Assembly (NCBI GenBank): GCA_027923505.1
Contig: BROI01000029.1
Location: 248,001 to 312,000 of the forward strand
Direction of reading: 5' to 3'
Origin: Mayamaea pseudoterrestris
Lineage: Eukaryota
DNA length: 64,000 nucleotides
The notes beneath the pieces are model-generated. The model saw only the letters and a list, made by a program, of their open reading frames with translations, did not search any database and was not told where the DNA came from. A program made the translations under genes and the position numbers. Shown one piece after another: positions 43,408-54,955 of this stretch. Position 1 is the stretch's first letter, and every line of letters begins with the position of its first letter.

Positions 43408-44754
43408 TTATTTTGCGTATTTAGCGCAGTTGAGATTCACCTGCGACCATCCTTGTCGTTTCAAATTGTCTTCAACGCCATCAACATGCGCTATGCCCAT
43501 GACTGCCACCATGACCGTCTCCTGAGTCAAGCTATCAATCCCTGCTGCCATGTAGGCATCGCGCTCCGTGAGCATGACTTGCACCAGTGCCGGCGCAATC
43601 TTGCGCATGGCGGTCAACAAAGAGCGGACCGACTCTCTCGATTTGATGCTTTCCACAAAGGTTGTCAAGTCTTGCTTCATGGAGTCGGGACTGCTATTGC
43701 TCATGATTGTTGGTCCACCAACCAGTGCCTTCATACTTTCTTCAATTTCACTATCCGCTTGCAGCAGCCTTTTCAAGTCCGTCGCAGCCAGTGCCTGCGT
43801 GAGTCGTTGCAGGGTTAACTCAACGTCCTGATCACCCAACACAATATCGGATCCAATCGCTTGGCCCTGTCGAATCGCCATGGCGAATTCGTCGCCTGGC
43901 TTGAAACCAGCATTGTCAAGGTTTTGGTACATGCCGCGAATGGCATTGCCGACCGACGCGGTGGATGCATCCATAATCATGGAACCTAGGCCGCGTCGAG
44001 CAGGACGAGTCGTTGGTGCAACACCAACGGGAGGTAACGTCCTTGGCGCCGCAGCCTTGCTTGTTGACACTGCTGCATCTCCAAGTTGCATCTGCTGCTG
44101 CTGTTGCAACAATTCTCGCTGTCGCTCCACCACGTTGGGAATAATGATGCGTGTCGGCACCGTCTTTCCGTCATTCCCAATGGGCGCATCCATGGTCAAG
44201 ACCACTTGCTTGTCGCTGCTGTTTGAGTCGGTGACACTTTTCGACACGGCTCCTCCACCGACGCGCTTCAAGTCGAGCTCCACAAAGACTGCGTTAGGTT
44301 TGATTTGCCGCACCAAGTCACTGGCCAGTTGCGCCGACAATTCACTAATATGAGCAGTTCCCAGCAAATAGACTAGTCGATCTCCGCGCTTCCAGACAGT
44401 GACGGTGGCGTCGCATGTAGCACGGTTTGTTATTACGCGAGGAGATGCAGCGAACGCGTTGGATGGATGAAGCAGGATCAGTGATGCCGACGCAGTGGCC
44501 GATGCAGTTGCAACGCTCTGGAACCAGTTTCGTCGAGACAAGGATGATTGTTGACATGATGTACTTTCGTCCTCAATCTCGTCGCTAGCTTGTCTATTGA
44601 ACAATGTTAGTGCACAATCAAATCGAGAACCTTGATGGATCGATAAAGAGCGCACCGATTTTGCAGCAGGTAAAGATGTTGGGCGTGGCGACGTCCATCC
44701 GAACGAAGTCTCCGCAAAGGCCAGAATCAAGTAGCATAAAAGATTCGACTTCAT
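43408..44754 (-). CDS. TraB-family protein, probably plastid-targeted
   Basis: YLLGTAHIS, PNAVFVELD-x-x-R, EF-x-x-A, VLGDQDV, ERDAYMA, AVMGIAHVDG motifs; N-terminal signal peptide. Confidence 0.88.
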   Translation of the reverse strand: MKSNLLCYLILAFAETSFGWTSPRPTSLPAAKSVRSLSIHQGSRFDCALTLFNRQASDEIEDESTSCQQSSLSRRNWFQSVATASATASASLILLHPSNAFAASPRVITNRATCDATVTVWKRGDRLVYLLGTAHISELSAQLASDLVRQIKPNAVFVELDLKRVGGGAVSKSVTDSNSSDKQVVLTMDAPIGNDGKTVPTRIIIPNVVERQRELLQQQQQMQLGDAAVSTSKAAAPRTLPPVGVAPTTRPARRGLGSMIMDASTASVGNAIRGMYQNLDNAGFKPGDEFAMAIRQGQAIGSDIVLGDQDVELTLQRLTQALAATDLKRLLQADSEIEESMKALVGGPTIMSNSSPDSMKQDLTTFVESIKSRESVRSLLTAMRKIAPALVQVMLTERDAYMAAGIDSLTQETVMVAVMGIAHVDGVEDNLKRQGWSQVNLNCAKYAK

Positions 44755-45071
44755 AGTTTTGCTGCGTAATTAGTGAATGAAAAAGCGTATAACTTAAAAG
44801 AAAGGAGGCTTGGAGAAGAAGTGATTGCTCCTCGATGATGATGGTCGCGCGAGAAGATTCTCTCGTCGTCGGATCTGCAATGCAGTACCGATGCGATAAA
44901 TTATGCGAGTCATACCGGTATTGCGATCGCGGTCGGACAAGTCAGGCTCCGCCGCGCCGCCGCGTTCCAACAAAGCAGAAACGGCTTGCTTGACCGCTCC
45001 ACTTACTTTGACTTTCATCAATTTAGCATCTACTATAAACTGCTGCATTGATTTATTGGAGGACGTCGTCC

Positions 45072-47378
45072 ATGTCGTCGGCGTATCGACTGTCAAATGG
45101 CCTCGATCGCAGCTCCATTCTGCTCGGTTTCTGTGTCGGAGCTACCTGCGCCTCTCTACTGACATGGTGCGCGGCAGTCACCATTCTTCAACGACGAAGA
45201 GGAAACAATGGCGAAACAAATGGCAATACTGATATAAATGCTACGCCATATTCAGCTTGGTGGGTATGGAAGACTCCTGACGAGGCGCTAAGCCATATTG
45301 GAGAATTTCCGGGCGTTCGGAATCGACGGACCCGATGGCCCTGGGATCGCAAGCAGCATCGATCCGACACCATGAGCAGCAACAGCAGCAGCATCAATGG
45401 CGATGACTATCAGCTTCACGATGATTTGCTTGGCACGAGCGAAACCTCGAAAAAAGCATCATCAGCGCCTCTATTGAATGGAGGCGGCAGCATGATGGCG
45501 TCGTCGTCGTCAAGTCCAGAAAAGAAGTCGGACTTTTGCATCGGAAGTATCTTTGGACTTGATGTCGGTGGCACGTTGGCCAAGCTTGTCTACTTTGAAC
45601 AAAAACCTGAACATGTCACGCTAGATTGCACTGATCATCGGAGGGAGCGCTGGTACCGACATTCCGCAAGTGCGCGCGCCGTTTTGTTGGCACGACGAGG
45701 TAATGACGACTTTGCGACAAATGGCGAAGCAGATTCAGCGCAACGAAATGGAAACTCCCCATTGCGAGAAAGATCAGGGAGCATATCAGGGAATTGTCGA
45801 TTGCATCATTCCAAGGCATCGAATGATGATTTGCAGACCATGAGTTTGTTGCGACAAGAATCCGTGCCTGACAATTTAGCTGCCTATGCCCAATCAACGT
45901 CGCTCATGGGCTTCTACACGACGGATTCTATGGATCAAATGTCTAAACAGCAAGGTTGGCAATCAAATGCGCATAATGCATCTGGAGTTAATAGTGCTGC
46001 CACAGATAGTGCCGGCATGTCATCGTCTACATCCACAGTTAACATGCGCAAGGTCCGATCCATGCTCGACTTGAACAAGTCGTCATCGCAAAATTACAAT
46101 GATGCACTTGATCGCTTTTACAATTTTGCAAGACGCATAGATTCATATCGGGAGGGTGTCAAGGACCACAAGCTCAGCTTTTACTCACGCAAACTTGGAG
46201 GAGAGCTTCATTTTATACGATTTGAAACGAGACGCATGTCCAATGCCATGGACTTGATTCGGGCCAACCATCTGCATTTGAATATACGAGAAATGGGAGC
46301 TACGGGCGGAGGGGCTCACAAGTTTGCCAATGTTTGGAAGGAGGAACTTGGAATTGACATTGCCAAGCAGGATGAAATGGATAGTTTAGTAGCGGGCATG
46401 CAGTTTGTCTTGGGAACTGTTGTTGGCGAATGCTACACATACAAACCACCACTTGAGGAAGATGTATCAAATGCAACAATATCGAGAGCAAGTAGCATGT
46501 TGTCGTCCGACGATGACTTTAATGTCGGAGACGGTCTTCCGCTTGACGCGGATGACGCTGATGGAACGTCAAGTACCCCTCGCCGTAGCAGTAAGGATGA
46601 TGTTGGCAAGGGTGATGAGTGGTGGCTGTCCAGAAAAGTGCAGCGAGACTCTATCTCGCAAGCATCGACGTATCCATATCTTTTGGTATCCATTGGGACG
46701 GGTGTGAGCATACTTCGAGTTGACGGGCCTCGCAAACATGTGCGCGTCTCTGGATCTACTATTGGCGGAGGCACCTACTGGGGACTCATCCGACTGTTGA
46801 CCGACATTGAAGATTTTGAAACGGTAATTCGTTTGGCCGAACGAGGGGATCCCTCGAAGATTGATCTGATGATTGGCGACATTTACGGCAACAAGCCAGA
46901 GGTCTTGCAGAAAATGGGTTTGGCACCAGACCTTGTAGCATCTTCGTTTGGTAAACTCATTGCTAAGGAAGATCCAGCGAGTGGTCTGAAGGAGGAAGAT
47001 ATTGCTCGGGCCTTGCTGCTCATGATCACAATCAACATTGGTCAGGTGGCTTATCTAAATGCACAACTACACAAAACGTCAAGAATATACTTTGTCGGTA
47101 ACTTCTTACGAAGCAACTCGATATCGCAAAAGCGCCTTTCGTATGCGATCGACTATTGGTCAAAGGGTGAAATGGAAGCTTTGTTTCTGGAGCACGAGGG
47201 CTACTTTGGAGCGCTTGGTGCCTTTCTCTTGAGTCAAAATATTCCTCACGATCTTGGCCCACGACTTACATTTCAAGACTCGCTGCCAGCATCACTGGAC
47301 AAGCTGGACAGCGACTGGACCGCCGAGGAGCGTCCGGCATTGCTACAAAAGCGGAGCCATACATTTGGATCGCTTTGA
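45072..47378 (+). CDS. PANK: Type II pantothenate kinase (fumble family) with N-terminal hydrophobic segment
   Basis: GLDVGGTLAKLVYF, ATGGGAHKF, DEMDSLVAG, YPYLLVSIGTGVS, GGGTYWGL, ASSFGK, HEGYFGALGA. Confidence 0.93.
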   Translation: MSSAYRLSNGLDRSSILLGFCVGATCASLLTWCAAVTILQRRRGNNGETNGNTDINATPYSAWWVWKTPDEALSHIGEFPGVRNRRTRWPWDRKQHRSDTMSSNSSSINGDDYQLHDDLLGTSETSKKASSAPLLNGGGSMMASSSSSPEKKSDFCIGSIFGLDVGGTLAKLVYFEQKPEHVTLDCTDHRRERWYRHSASARAVLLARRGNDDFATNGEADSAQRNGNSPLRERSGSISGNCRLHHSKASNDDLQTMSLLRQESVPDNLAAYAQSTSLMGFYTTDSMDQMSKQQGWQSNAHNASGVNSAATDSAGMSSSTSTVNMRKVRSMLDLNKSSSQNYNDALDRFYNFARRIDSYREGVKDHKLSFYSRKLGGELHFIRFETRRMSNAMDLIRANHLHLNIREMGATGGGAHKFANVWKEELGIDIAKQDEMDSLVAGMQFVLGTVVGECYTYKPPLEEDVSNATISRASSMLSSDDDFNVGDGLPLDADDADGTSSTPRRSSKDDVGKGDEWWLSRKVQRDSISQASTYPYLLVSIGTGVSILRVDGPRKHVRVSGSTIGGGTYWGLIRLLTDIEDFETVIRLAERGDPSKIDLMIGDIYGNKPEVLQKMGLAPDLVASSFGKLIAKEDPASGLKEEDIARALLLMITINIGQVAYLNAQLHKTSRIYFVGNFLRSNSISQKRLSYAIDYWSKGEMEALFLEHEGYFGALGAFLLSQNIPHDLGPRLTFQDSLPASLDKLDSDWTAEERPALLQKRSHTFGSL

Positions 47379-47783
47379 GAAGGCCATAAAGCCGATGATA
47401 GCATGATATGTGCCTTCACACTTCACGCTGCTGAAATATATTTGCCTTGTGTTATTCCTGGCTGTCCTCGAGTGCCCGCTCATGTATACATAATCACTTA
47501 TCAAGAAGTGGACGTGGCCATGATTCGCTTTCATTCTACTTATAATCAAAATAGGGCTTTGCTAAATACAGTACCTTTTCGGTAAAACTTATGGTGCAGT
47601 CGCAAAGCTTACTGCTTTACAATTGAGCGCGATCGCATTTTTGATAGAAACGGGGACATAGATCGAGTCGCATCGTTACACAAGCTCCTCGGCGCGGCGC
47701 GTCATGCGACGACGCCGATGAAGATCTTGCAAGGCTGCACTTGCACAACAAGGCAAGCTAGAGTAGCAAGCTTATCCTGCGCA

Positions 47784-49022
47784 ATGAGACATCAGTCGAT
47801 TGCTCTCATCGCATCATGCTTTGTAATGCAAATCGCGCAGGCGTTTATAAGCCAGTCGTCGACGAATCGAATAAGAATCCTGCATACTCAATCAACGACT
47901 CGTTGTCACGCCGAGGCTCCAAGCAAGAACAATTTTCAACACGCACTCGCCATACTGGCGATGCCATACAATACATTTGATCGAATTAACAATGAAGCGA
48001 TCCTAGAGACAATCTTACCTCGGACCAACAAGCTGTCCGTTGTGTTGCGTTGTCACGGCCAGCCTCCTTCCATTGCTTCCTTGCGTCGCTACGTTGGGAC
48101 AATCTACTCGCAACTATGGGACTGCACCGTACTGGATACGCAGAATCCAGATTTACCAAAGGTTGTTGTCTACCCGGCACATTTGCCGAACAGCGCACCG
48201 GAAAGCTGGATAACGATTCAACCTGATTTGGACTGCATCATTAGTCGAAACGAATACTTGGGATGGAACTCGCAGGCTGCAGGTGGAGAAGGCCTTGCTT
48301 ACCAGCAAACAGAAGGACAGGGAGGATTGGAGGCGCATGTACGATCTGTGAATGCAGAACGAACAAGTCGAAAGCTAAAGCCAGTACAGGCATGGCCAGT
48401 GGATGCCAAGCGAGTGGTTTCAAATGACAATGAGCATGTCATATTTTTGGAGGACGAGGACGAGAAGGTTAGTGCATCTTCAGAGACTGAGAAGGAGGCT
48501 TTATCAACTTCATTCTTTGGAGGATCCGTTGGAACACCCAAACTCTTTGAAAGTGTCGCGGTGGGCGGAACGTTTGACGGGCTGCACTATGGACATTGCA
48601 AACTGTTAACACTTGCCGTAAGCAGCGTCGAGCCGCGGTCTGGACGACTACTGGTAGGCATTACCAAGGACGAAATGCTTGCGAAAAAGGAGTTTGCGGA
48701 GTTTATTCCAACGTATGCGGAGCGGGTTCAAGGCGTCTACGACTTTCTGGCGCGGCTTGCGCCCGGCATGCTCAATCGTGTCCAGATTGTTCCACTTGAG
48801 GACAATTTCGGCCCGCCGGGGCATGCTGACATTTACTTTGATGCACTGGTTCTATCTCATGAGACTTTGGAGACTGGTATTGCTTTGAATCGGCATCGCA
48901 CCAAGCATTTGAACCTGCATCCTTTGAAACTGCTTTGCACGGAGCGAACGGAAGCGCATGGCATGAGCTCGACGCAACTGAGGCGGTTGCGCGCACGAGC
49001 GGCACAATTAGTACCAGAATAG
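47784..49022 (+). CDS. Eukaryotic/archaeal-type phosphopantetheine adenylyltransferase (CoaD)
   Basis: VAVGGTFDGLHYGHCKLL (HxGH), D-x-FGP, ALVLSHET, SST-x-LR; signal peptide ending AQAF. Confidence 0.85.
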   Translation: MRHQSIALIASCFVMQIAQAFISQSSTNRIRILHTQSTTRCHAEAPSKNNFQHALAILAMPYNTFDRINNEAILETILPRTNKLSVVLRCHGQPPSIASLRRYVGTIYSQLWDCTVLDTQNPDLPKVVVYPAHLPNSAPESWITIQPDLDCIISRNEYLGWNSQAAGGEGLAYQQTEGQGGLEAHVRSVNAERTSRKLKPVQAWPVDAKRVVSNDNEHVIFLEDEDEKVSASSETEKEALSTSFFGGSVGTPKLFESVAVGGTFDGLHYGHCKLLTLAVSSVEPRSGRLLVGITKDEMLAKKEFAEFIPTYAERVQGVYDFLARLAPGMLNRVQIVPLEDNFGPPGHADIYFDALVLSHETLETGIALNRHRTKHLNLHPLKLLCTERTEAHGMSSTQLRRLRARAAQLVPE

Positions 49023-49197
49023 ACTAGTGTTAACACTAGTGAATGGCGTTGATAGTTGACGAGTTGAATATGACCAACAATGCAGCGTACGACGTAATAA
49101 TATATACGACTATGCAGTAGCACCAGTACCGCTACGATATCACACTTGAAAATAAAAGAAAAGATCCCTCTCGCCATTCATTTTGACGGAAATCACC

Positions 49198-51009
49198 ATG
49201 GCGCCACCTGCTGCTTCGGCGGACGCTGGCATGTCACGTGCGGCCAAGCGACGCTCGAAAAAGAGACAAAAGCAGCTGCATCCAAATGAAACCGAAGATG
49301 GATGCACCGAACAAAGTCAAGCCACTCGGCAGACGCCAGACATGAAGAAGCAGAAAATGACTGCAAAACGACGCGACGAAGTCGATGATACAGAGCAGGA
49401 GGAAGATATCATGAGTTTAAACGAATCAGAGTTGGAGGAGACGAGAGAAAAGGTGGCGAAGAAGTCCGTCAAGAGCACTGATAAAGCAGCTACGTTGCGA
49501 TTACCGCCAGGAGTGACTCGACTTGTCCAACTTCTTGGCGACGAACATGACGTAACATCGACGGATCGAGCAAAGCATCTACTTTCATTTCTACTCAACA
49601 TGCCTCTTAAACACTTTTACAAGGATTATTTCGAGAAGAAACCTCTCTTGGTTCAGACCATGAAGAATCGAGATCGCTTGGGTGGATTGTTGGATCTTGC
49701 AGCAATTCGCACCATGATGCAGACGCAAAAGCTTTACTACGGAAAAGATCTAAATGTGACTCGGTACGAGCTGCAAAAGGATGGTGTCAAGCGACGAACG
49801 ACGCTGGATCCGGTAGATGGAGACGTGAAGAAGCAAGTAGATGCATCGATATGGTCCGACTTTTACCAGCAAGGGTGCACAATTCGCTTGCTTTGTCCAC
49901 ACAAGCATATTGATCCAATTCACGCGCTTCTTAGCAATTTAGAAACTGAGTTTGGCTGCATGGTTGGATCAAATGCCTACCTGACGCCTCCCGATGGGTC
50001 GCAGGGATTTGCCCCACACTACGATGACATTGACGCGTTTTGCTTGCAACTGGAGGGGCGTAAGCGGTGGAAGGTGTATGCACCCTTGCACATGAGCGAA
50101 CGGTTACCGCGAGTCAGTAGCGAAGATTATGTGGCAGCTGATCTCGATGGAGTCGAGCCAGTGTTTGATGTACTTTTGGAACCAGGGGATGTGTTGTACA
50201 TGCCCCGTGGCTGGATTCATCAGGCGTGTACCCTACCCGACTCAAACGCTAGCGAGAGCCAACAACATTCATTGCACTTGACGATATCTACCATGCAGCA
50301 GTGGGCATGGGTTGATTTGATTGAAATTGTCATGCCAGAAGCGCTGCAAGCTGTCGCAACTGGTGAATTTACCGCTTTGAGGGAGGGCTTACCAAACAAA
50401 TTTCTTGACTATATGGGCACCATGCATCATGATCCCGACGATACTCTTCCAGACATTCTCAAAAAGAAAATGGATGAAAGCATAGACGACGTCGTTGAAG
50501 AGAAGAGATTGTTAAAGGAGCAGTTTTTATCTCAGGCAAAGAAACGCATTGCGTTGGTAGCGAAGGAGGCGTCGAATTTAATAGATGCTGCTTGTGATCA
50601 GTTAGGCGTGCGCTTCATATCGGAGCGCTTGCCACCGGCACTTTCTCTAAAAGAAAAAGCGCGAACTGATGCGGGTGTATGTGCTTCATTCAACGTTTTG
50701 CCAGGGACAATGTGCCGTATTGCTCGTCAGGGGATTGCACGCCTCGTCATTGACGACGGCAAGGCGGTATTGTTTCATTGCTGCGATAACTCCCGCGTGT
50801 ATATGGAAAAGGCGTTAAATCCATTGGAATTTGAACTGGACGATGCCCCGGCTATAGAGCAGTTGCTTACAACTGTCGAACCTCGTTGGATAATGGTGAA
50901 TGACTTATTCCATGATTCGATTGATGATAAGGTTGCCGTTGCTCAAGCTCTATTTGATGAGGGTCTGCTTGCCGTCTATTCACCATCAGAGAGCGACGAA
51001 GAAAAGTGA
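49198..51009 (+). CDS. RIOX1: NO66/RIOX1-like JmjC ribosomal oxygenase / histone demethylase
   Basis: VGSNAYLTPP, QGFAPHYDDIDAFCLQLEGRKRWKVY, LEPGDVLYMPRGWIHQA, SLHLT. Confidence 0.88.
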   Translation: MAPPAASADAGMSRAAKRRSKKRQKQLHPNETEDGCTEQSQATRQTPDMKKQKMTAKRRDEVDDTEQEEDIMSLNESELEETREKVAKKSVKSTDKAATLRLPPGVTRLVQLLGDEHDVTSTDRAKHLLSFLLNMPLKHFYKDYFEKKPLLVQTMKNRDRLGGLLDLAAIRTMMQTQKLYYGKDLNVTRYELQKDGVKRRTTLDPVDGDVKKQVDASIWSDFYQQGCTIRLLCPHKHIDPIHALLSNLETEFGCMVGSNAYLTPPDGSQGFAPHYDDIDAFCLQLEGRKRWKVYAPLHMSERLPRVSSEDYVAADLDGVEPVFDVLLEPGDVLYMPRGWIHQACTLPDSNASESQQHSLHLTISTMQQWAWVDLIEIVMPEALQAVATGEFTALREGLPNKFLDYMGTMHHDPDDTLPDILKKKMDESIDDVVEEKRLLKEQFLSQAKKRIALVAKEASNLIDAACDQLGVRFISERLPPALSLKEKARTDAGVCASFNVLPGTMCRIARQGIARLVIDDGKAVLFHCCDNSRVYMEKALNPLEFELDDAPAIEQLLTTVEPRWIMVNDLFHDSIDDKVAVAQALFDEGLLAVYSPSESDEEK

Positions 51010-51074
51010 TGCGGCGAGAACTACAGATAATTGCTTTGTGCATGTTTTACCAATTAACTGTAAAAAAATAAAAT

Positions 51075-54000
51075 TTACAACGTTCCTGCCTCCTTGCGTG
51101 CCAAATAATCTTTCAGACTCAAACCTTGACGAGCACGCATAGGCCCGGCATTCTTCTTAACTCCTAGACCCAAGCCAAGCGTCGACGCTTGTGCCAGACC
51201 CTCTTCGTCGATCGCAAATTGGTGGATATCGCTGAGCGCGGTTCCCTTTTCCTTCAGCTCTTGTACGAGGGATGGCTCGTCAGCGGGCGACTCGTCACGA
51301 CTTTCTTTCTTTTCATCTTCTTTTGATTCCTCTTCTTGCTTGTTTTCGTCTTTAGCATCCTGCCCTACGTCCCACAAAACCTTGGGCTTCACGCGACGAC
51401 GAGCAAAAAAGTTCAGTTCCACCTTTTTCGTACCAGAAGCCGTCACATCATCCTTCTTTTCTTTCGTCTCGCGTGCAGCACGCTGATTTGCCTGCAATGC
51501 TCGCTCGTTTACTTTAGCCCAATTTTTGTCTTTCGTACGCATAGTGAGCTTCGATTTGCGTTGCTGAATATGCTCTCGTAGTGCTGCATCCTCCTCTTCT
51601 CTGCCCTTTAACTGATTAACGGCATCCTCGAGTTGCTTCTCAGATTCTTCCAAGCTCGTCTCCAGCTCCGATACTTCATGGCCAGAAGCTTCTAGAAGTC
51701 TGCTTTTAATGTCTTTGATGCGAAACTCTGCCTCCTGAACTATATCCTTCGCTGCCTGTACAGCAACTGCCATTCTTGTCTGCTCCAAGCCAAGGTTAGC
51801 AAGTGACTTGCCTTGCTTGCGCCGCTTTTGTAAGTTGTGCTCGATATCTTGCGTTGTATACGTATAATTCATAACCAGTTCGTCTTGCAAACGCCTCAGT
51901 TTCGTAGCGCGACGCTTCGATAAGACTTCAAGGCGATTGTTCTTCTGTGTAACCACGTATTTGTGTACGTCAGACTCGTCCGGAAGCACGTCTGATATGA
52001 GGTACATGGGAAAATCACGCGCGCTCTTGCCGAATTTTAATGTCAATATAATGTTTGTAGTGATGGGTTTGTCCTTTCTTGGGTCGGCGACCGGCAGTTT
52101 GTAAGTTGTATCGCCATGTTTAACTTCGACAATCTCGCAAAGACGATACACTTTCTCTCCAGAATCATCTTCTCCAATACAAAGGCGTACAAAACATTCT
52201 AAAATGGCTGCCTCAAAGAAGGGCTCGTGACACCAACGAGCAAGGCGACGGCGAGGTATGGTGCACTTTCGAAAGTCTTCCAATGTGGCTTCCACCTCGA
52301 CACGAGTTGCTACTTCCTCGCTCTGTTTGCGAGGCTTTTTCGTCTCTTGCGAAGGCAATTCATCGTCATCGATATCCATATCATCGTCCGATGCCTCCTT
52401 GTCGAGCTTAGATGACGTTCCACCGCGTGCCGCCCGAGCCTTCTTCTGCTGCCAGGGCTTAAGACCTGCTTCCTCATAATCATCATCAGATTCGTCGTCG
52501 TCGTCATCAAACTCCAGACTCTCATCGGACGACTCTTCTATTCTCGACTGCTGTTGCTGAATTTGCTTTTCTCGCTTCAAGGCTGCCAATGCTGCTACCT
52601 TCTTGCTCTTGGCTTGCTTCACATCGCGGTTGCGCCCAGACTCGCGTCGATCAGTCAAGGCTTGTGCCACCTCCTCGTCGCCAGCGCCTTTCTTTGGCTT
52701 CTTGGCAGAAGGTTTTTTCGTTACTTCGGCCTTGCGCTTCTTGTCAGCAGACTCCTTCATTCTGTGATAAATGAAAATGCAACAAGTTAGATTCGTGTCC
52801 AGAGATGTATTAATGGCAGACAAAGCTACAGAAACTCACTTGGCTTCTCGTATCGCCTTTTTCATGTCTTGTGCAGCCTTCAGTTTGTCAAAGCGTTCAG
52901 CAAAGATAGCCTCGCGTTCCAATTCCGGGAGGGCGTCCAGCATTTTTCGATCGTCCTCATTCTGGATCAAGGCTTCCGTATTGTTGATGTCAAGTTCCAT
53001 TTCATCGTCATCGCTACTGATATCATCGTCTCCAAAATCGTCCTCCACTTCCGAGTCTTCTTGAATAACCTTCTTTTTGGCTGCCGCACGCTTTGGCCGA
53101 GTTTTAACAGCTGCTTTCTTGGAAGCCATTTCGTACTCTTCGTCCTCCTCTTCTTCTTCGTCGTCGTCAAGCTCCATCTCTTCATCGTCGTCGTCATCAT
53201 CATCATCCAGCTCCATCTCTTCCTCCGACGACTCTTCTTCCTCCGAATCTGCCTTCTTGCGCCGAGCCGGCTTCCCCCGAGTCGCAGGTTTCGCTGCTGC
53301 CTTCTTGACGACTGGCTTGGCAGTTTCCTCAATCTGCTCTTGCTCCGGTGGACGCAACTGCTTGCCTCGAGAGACTGGAGTAGGAACAGGCTTGGTCGTT
53401 GCTGCAGGTACTGACGGTTCCATCTTCTTTTCCGTTTCAATTTCTGGCTCGGGATCTCGACGCAACTGCTTTCCGCGTGAAGGCGACGGCATGATGGAAG
53501 CGTTTTGCTGCTTGGGCGGTTCCTTCATTATACTCACGCCCTTGTCCACAACGTCATCAACCTCCATCTCATCGTCTCGGTCCGGTCGGCGAAGCTGCTT
53601 TCCGCGAGGTTCTGGACGAGCCAGTTGCTTGCCGCGGCTGATTGGTATGGGTGCCACAGGCTGCTGAACCATCATAATCGGCTGCTGCGGTGGTACTTCA
53701 TCATCCTCTGGTTCGGAGCGTCGAAGCTGCTTTCCGCCGCTCGGGGCTCGATAAATGTTCGAAGCAGCAGACTGTTGTGGCTGATAATGTTGCTTGGGAG
53801 GATCAACTTCAATCACTTCGTCATCGTCGTCATCTTCCTCCGATTCATCGTCTTGCGGAGGCGGCATCATGCGCGCCAGACTCTTTCCACCGCGACCCGC
53901 CGTGACGCGATAGGGCTGCTGCATTGGCGGGGGTTGCACTGGAGTCTCCTCCGCCTCTTCCTCCTCCTCTTCGTCGCTTTCCGCCGGCGCAGGCGCATGG

Positions 54001-54614
54001 AGAAACTTTTTACCACCGCCCCGAGGAACGACGCGTACAACTGGCTGCTGTGCCGCCTCGTCTTCCTCGTCATCATCTAATTCGGAGTCGTCCTCGTCGT
54101 CGTCATCATCATCTGCGGCGCTGAAATGTAGAAGGAATTAGGAAAGGATCAGTATCGAAATTATATTCATGTTTTCAAGGCCGTACATCACCAAAACTCT
54201 TAACGTCATATTTACCTTGGCCTCAAGTATTTGCCACCCGGCGCTCGCAGCTGCTTGCCACCTCCCGACCGCTGCGGGTATTCATCGTCTGGTTCACTCT
54301 CGGAGGAATCCTCATCTTCCTCCTCCTCATTGGGTCGATTCAACTGCTTGCCGCCACTGCTGCTGCCCGGAAAGGTTCGACGAATATTTGGCTGTAAAAT
54401 GGGATACAACACGAGAAAGGTGTTAGTCCAATGCTCAATCCTACCTTCGATTTTCCAGCACAACATGTGTTACGACACAAAATTGATCCCAGGGACCAAG
54501 AAAAATGATTATCCAGTGCGCAAGCGTGACAGTTCCAAAGACTTGATGGTGAATAGTGACGAAAATGATCCTGGATCCGTCGCTCAAGTCATCCTTCTCT
54601 CCATGACCTACCAT
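51075..54614 (-). CDS. RTF1: RTF1 (Paf1 complex) with HMD and Plus3 domains; introns 52762-52839, 54121-54215 and probably 54392-54611 (start uncertain)
   Basis: EDDRKMLDALPELEREAIFAER (HMD-like); RRRLARWCHEPFFEAAILECFVRLCIG...YRLCEI (Plus3); FFARRRVKP. Confidence 0.85.
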
Positions 54615-54955
54615 GACTACCGGTTGCTTTCGTTGTATCCTCTGCCCTTGCTCAAGTATGGTCTGTCTCTTCTCGCAACAACAGTGGTTTGATTGCGACT
54701 GCGAAAGACTGCGCGGATCGCTCTCGCCATGGCCACATGGCCACTGCTTCATGTTCGGGGGTAAACCTCCTCTGCCCCTGGAAGCCTCAGAACCGGTACG
54801 ACTTTTGCGCGACTGACCGCGCCGCCACCGTCGAATTTGACAGATCATCAGCACAACAGGCAAAGAAGGCAATCCCTCATTCTTTGATCCCGCTGGTGAT
54901 AGTGTTGCAGATATACATACTTTTACTCTTACTCATTTGAGACGATTTGCTCATC

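Noticed and set aside
53077..53667. Poly-Ser plus-strand ORF and similar antisense ORFs across the window
   Set aside because: Mirror images of acidic or low-complexity codon runs in real genes on the opposite strand
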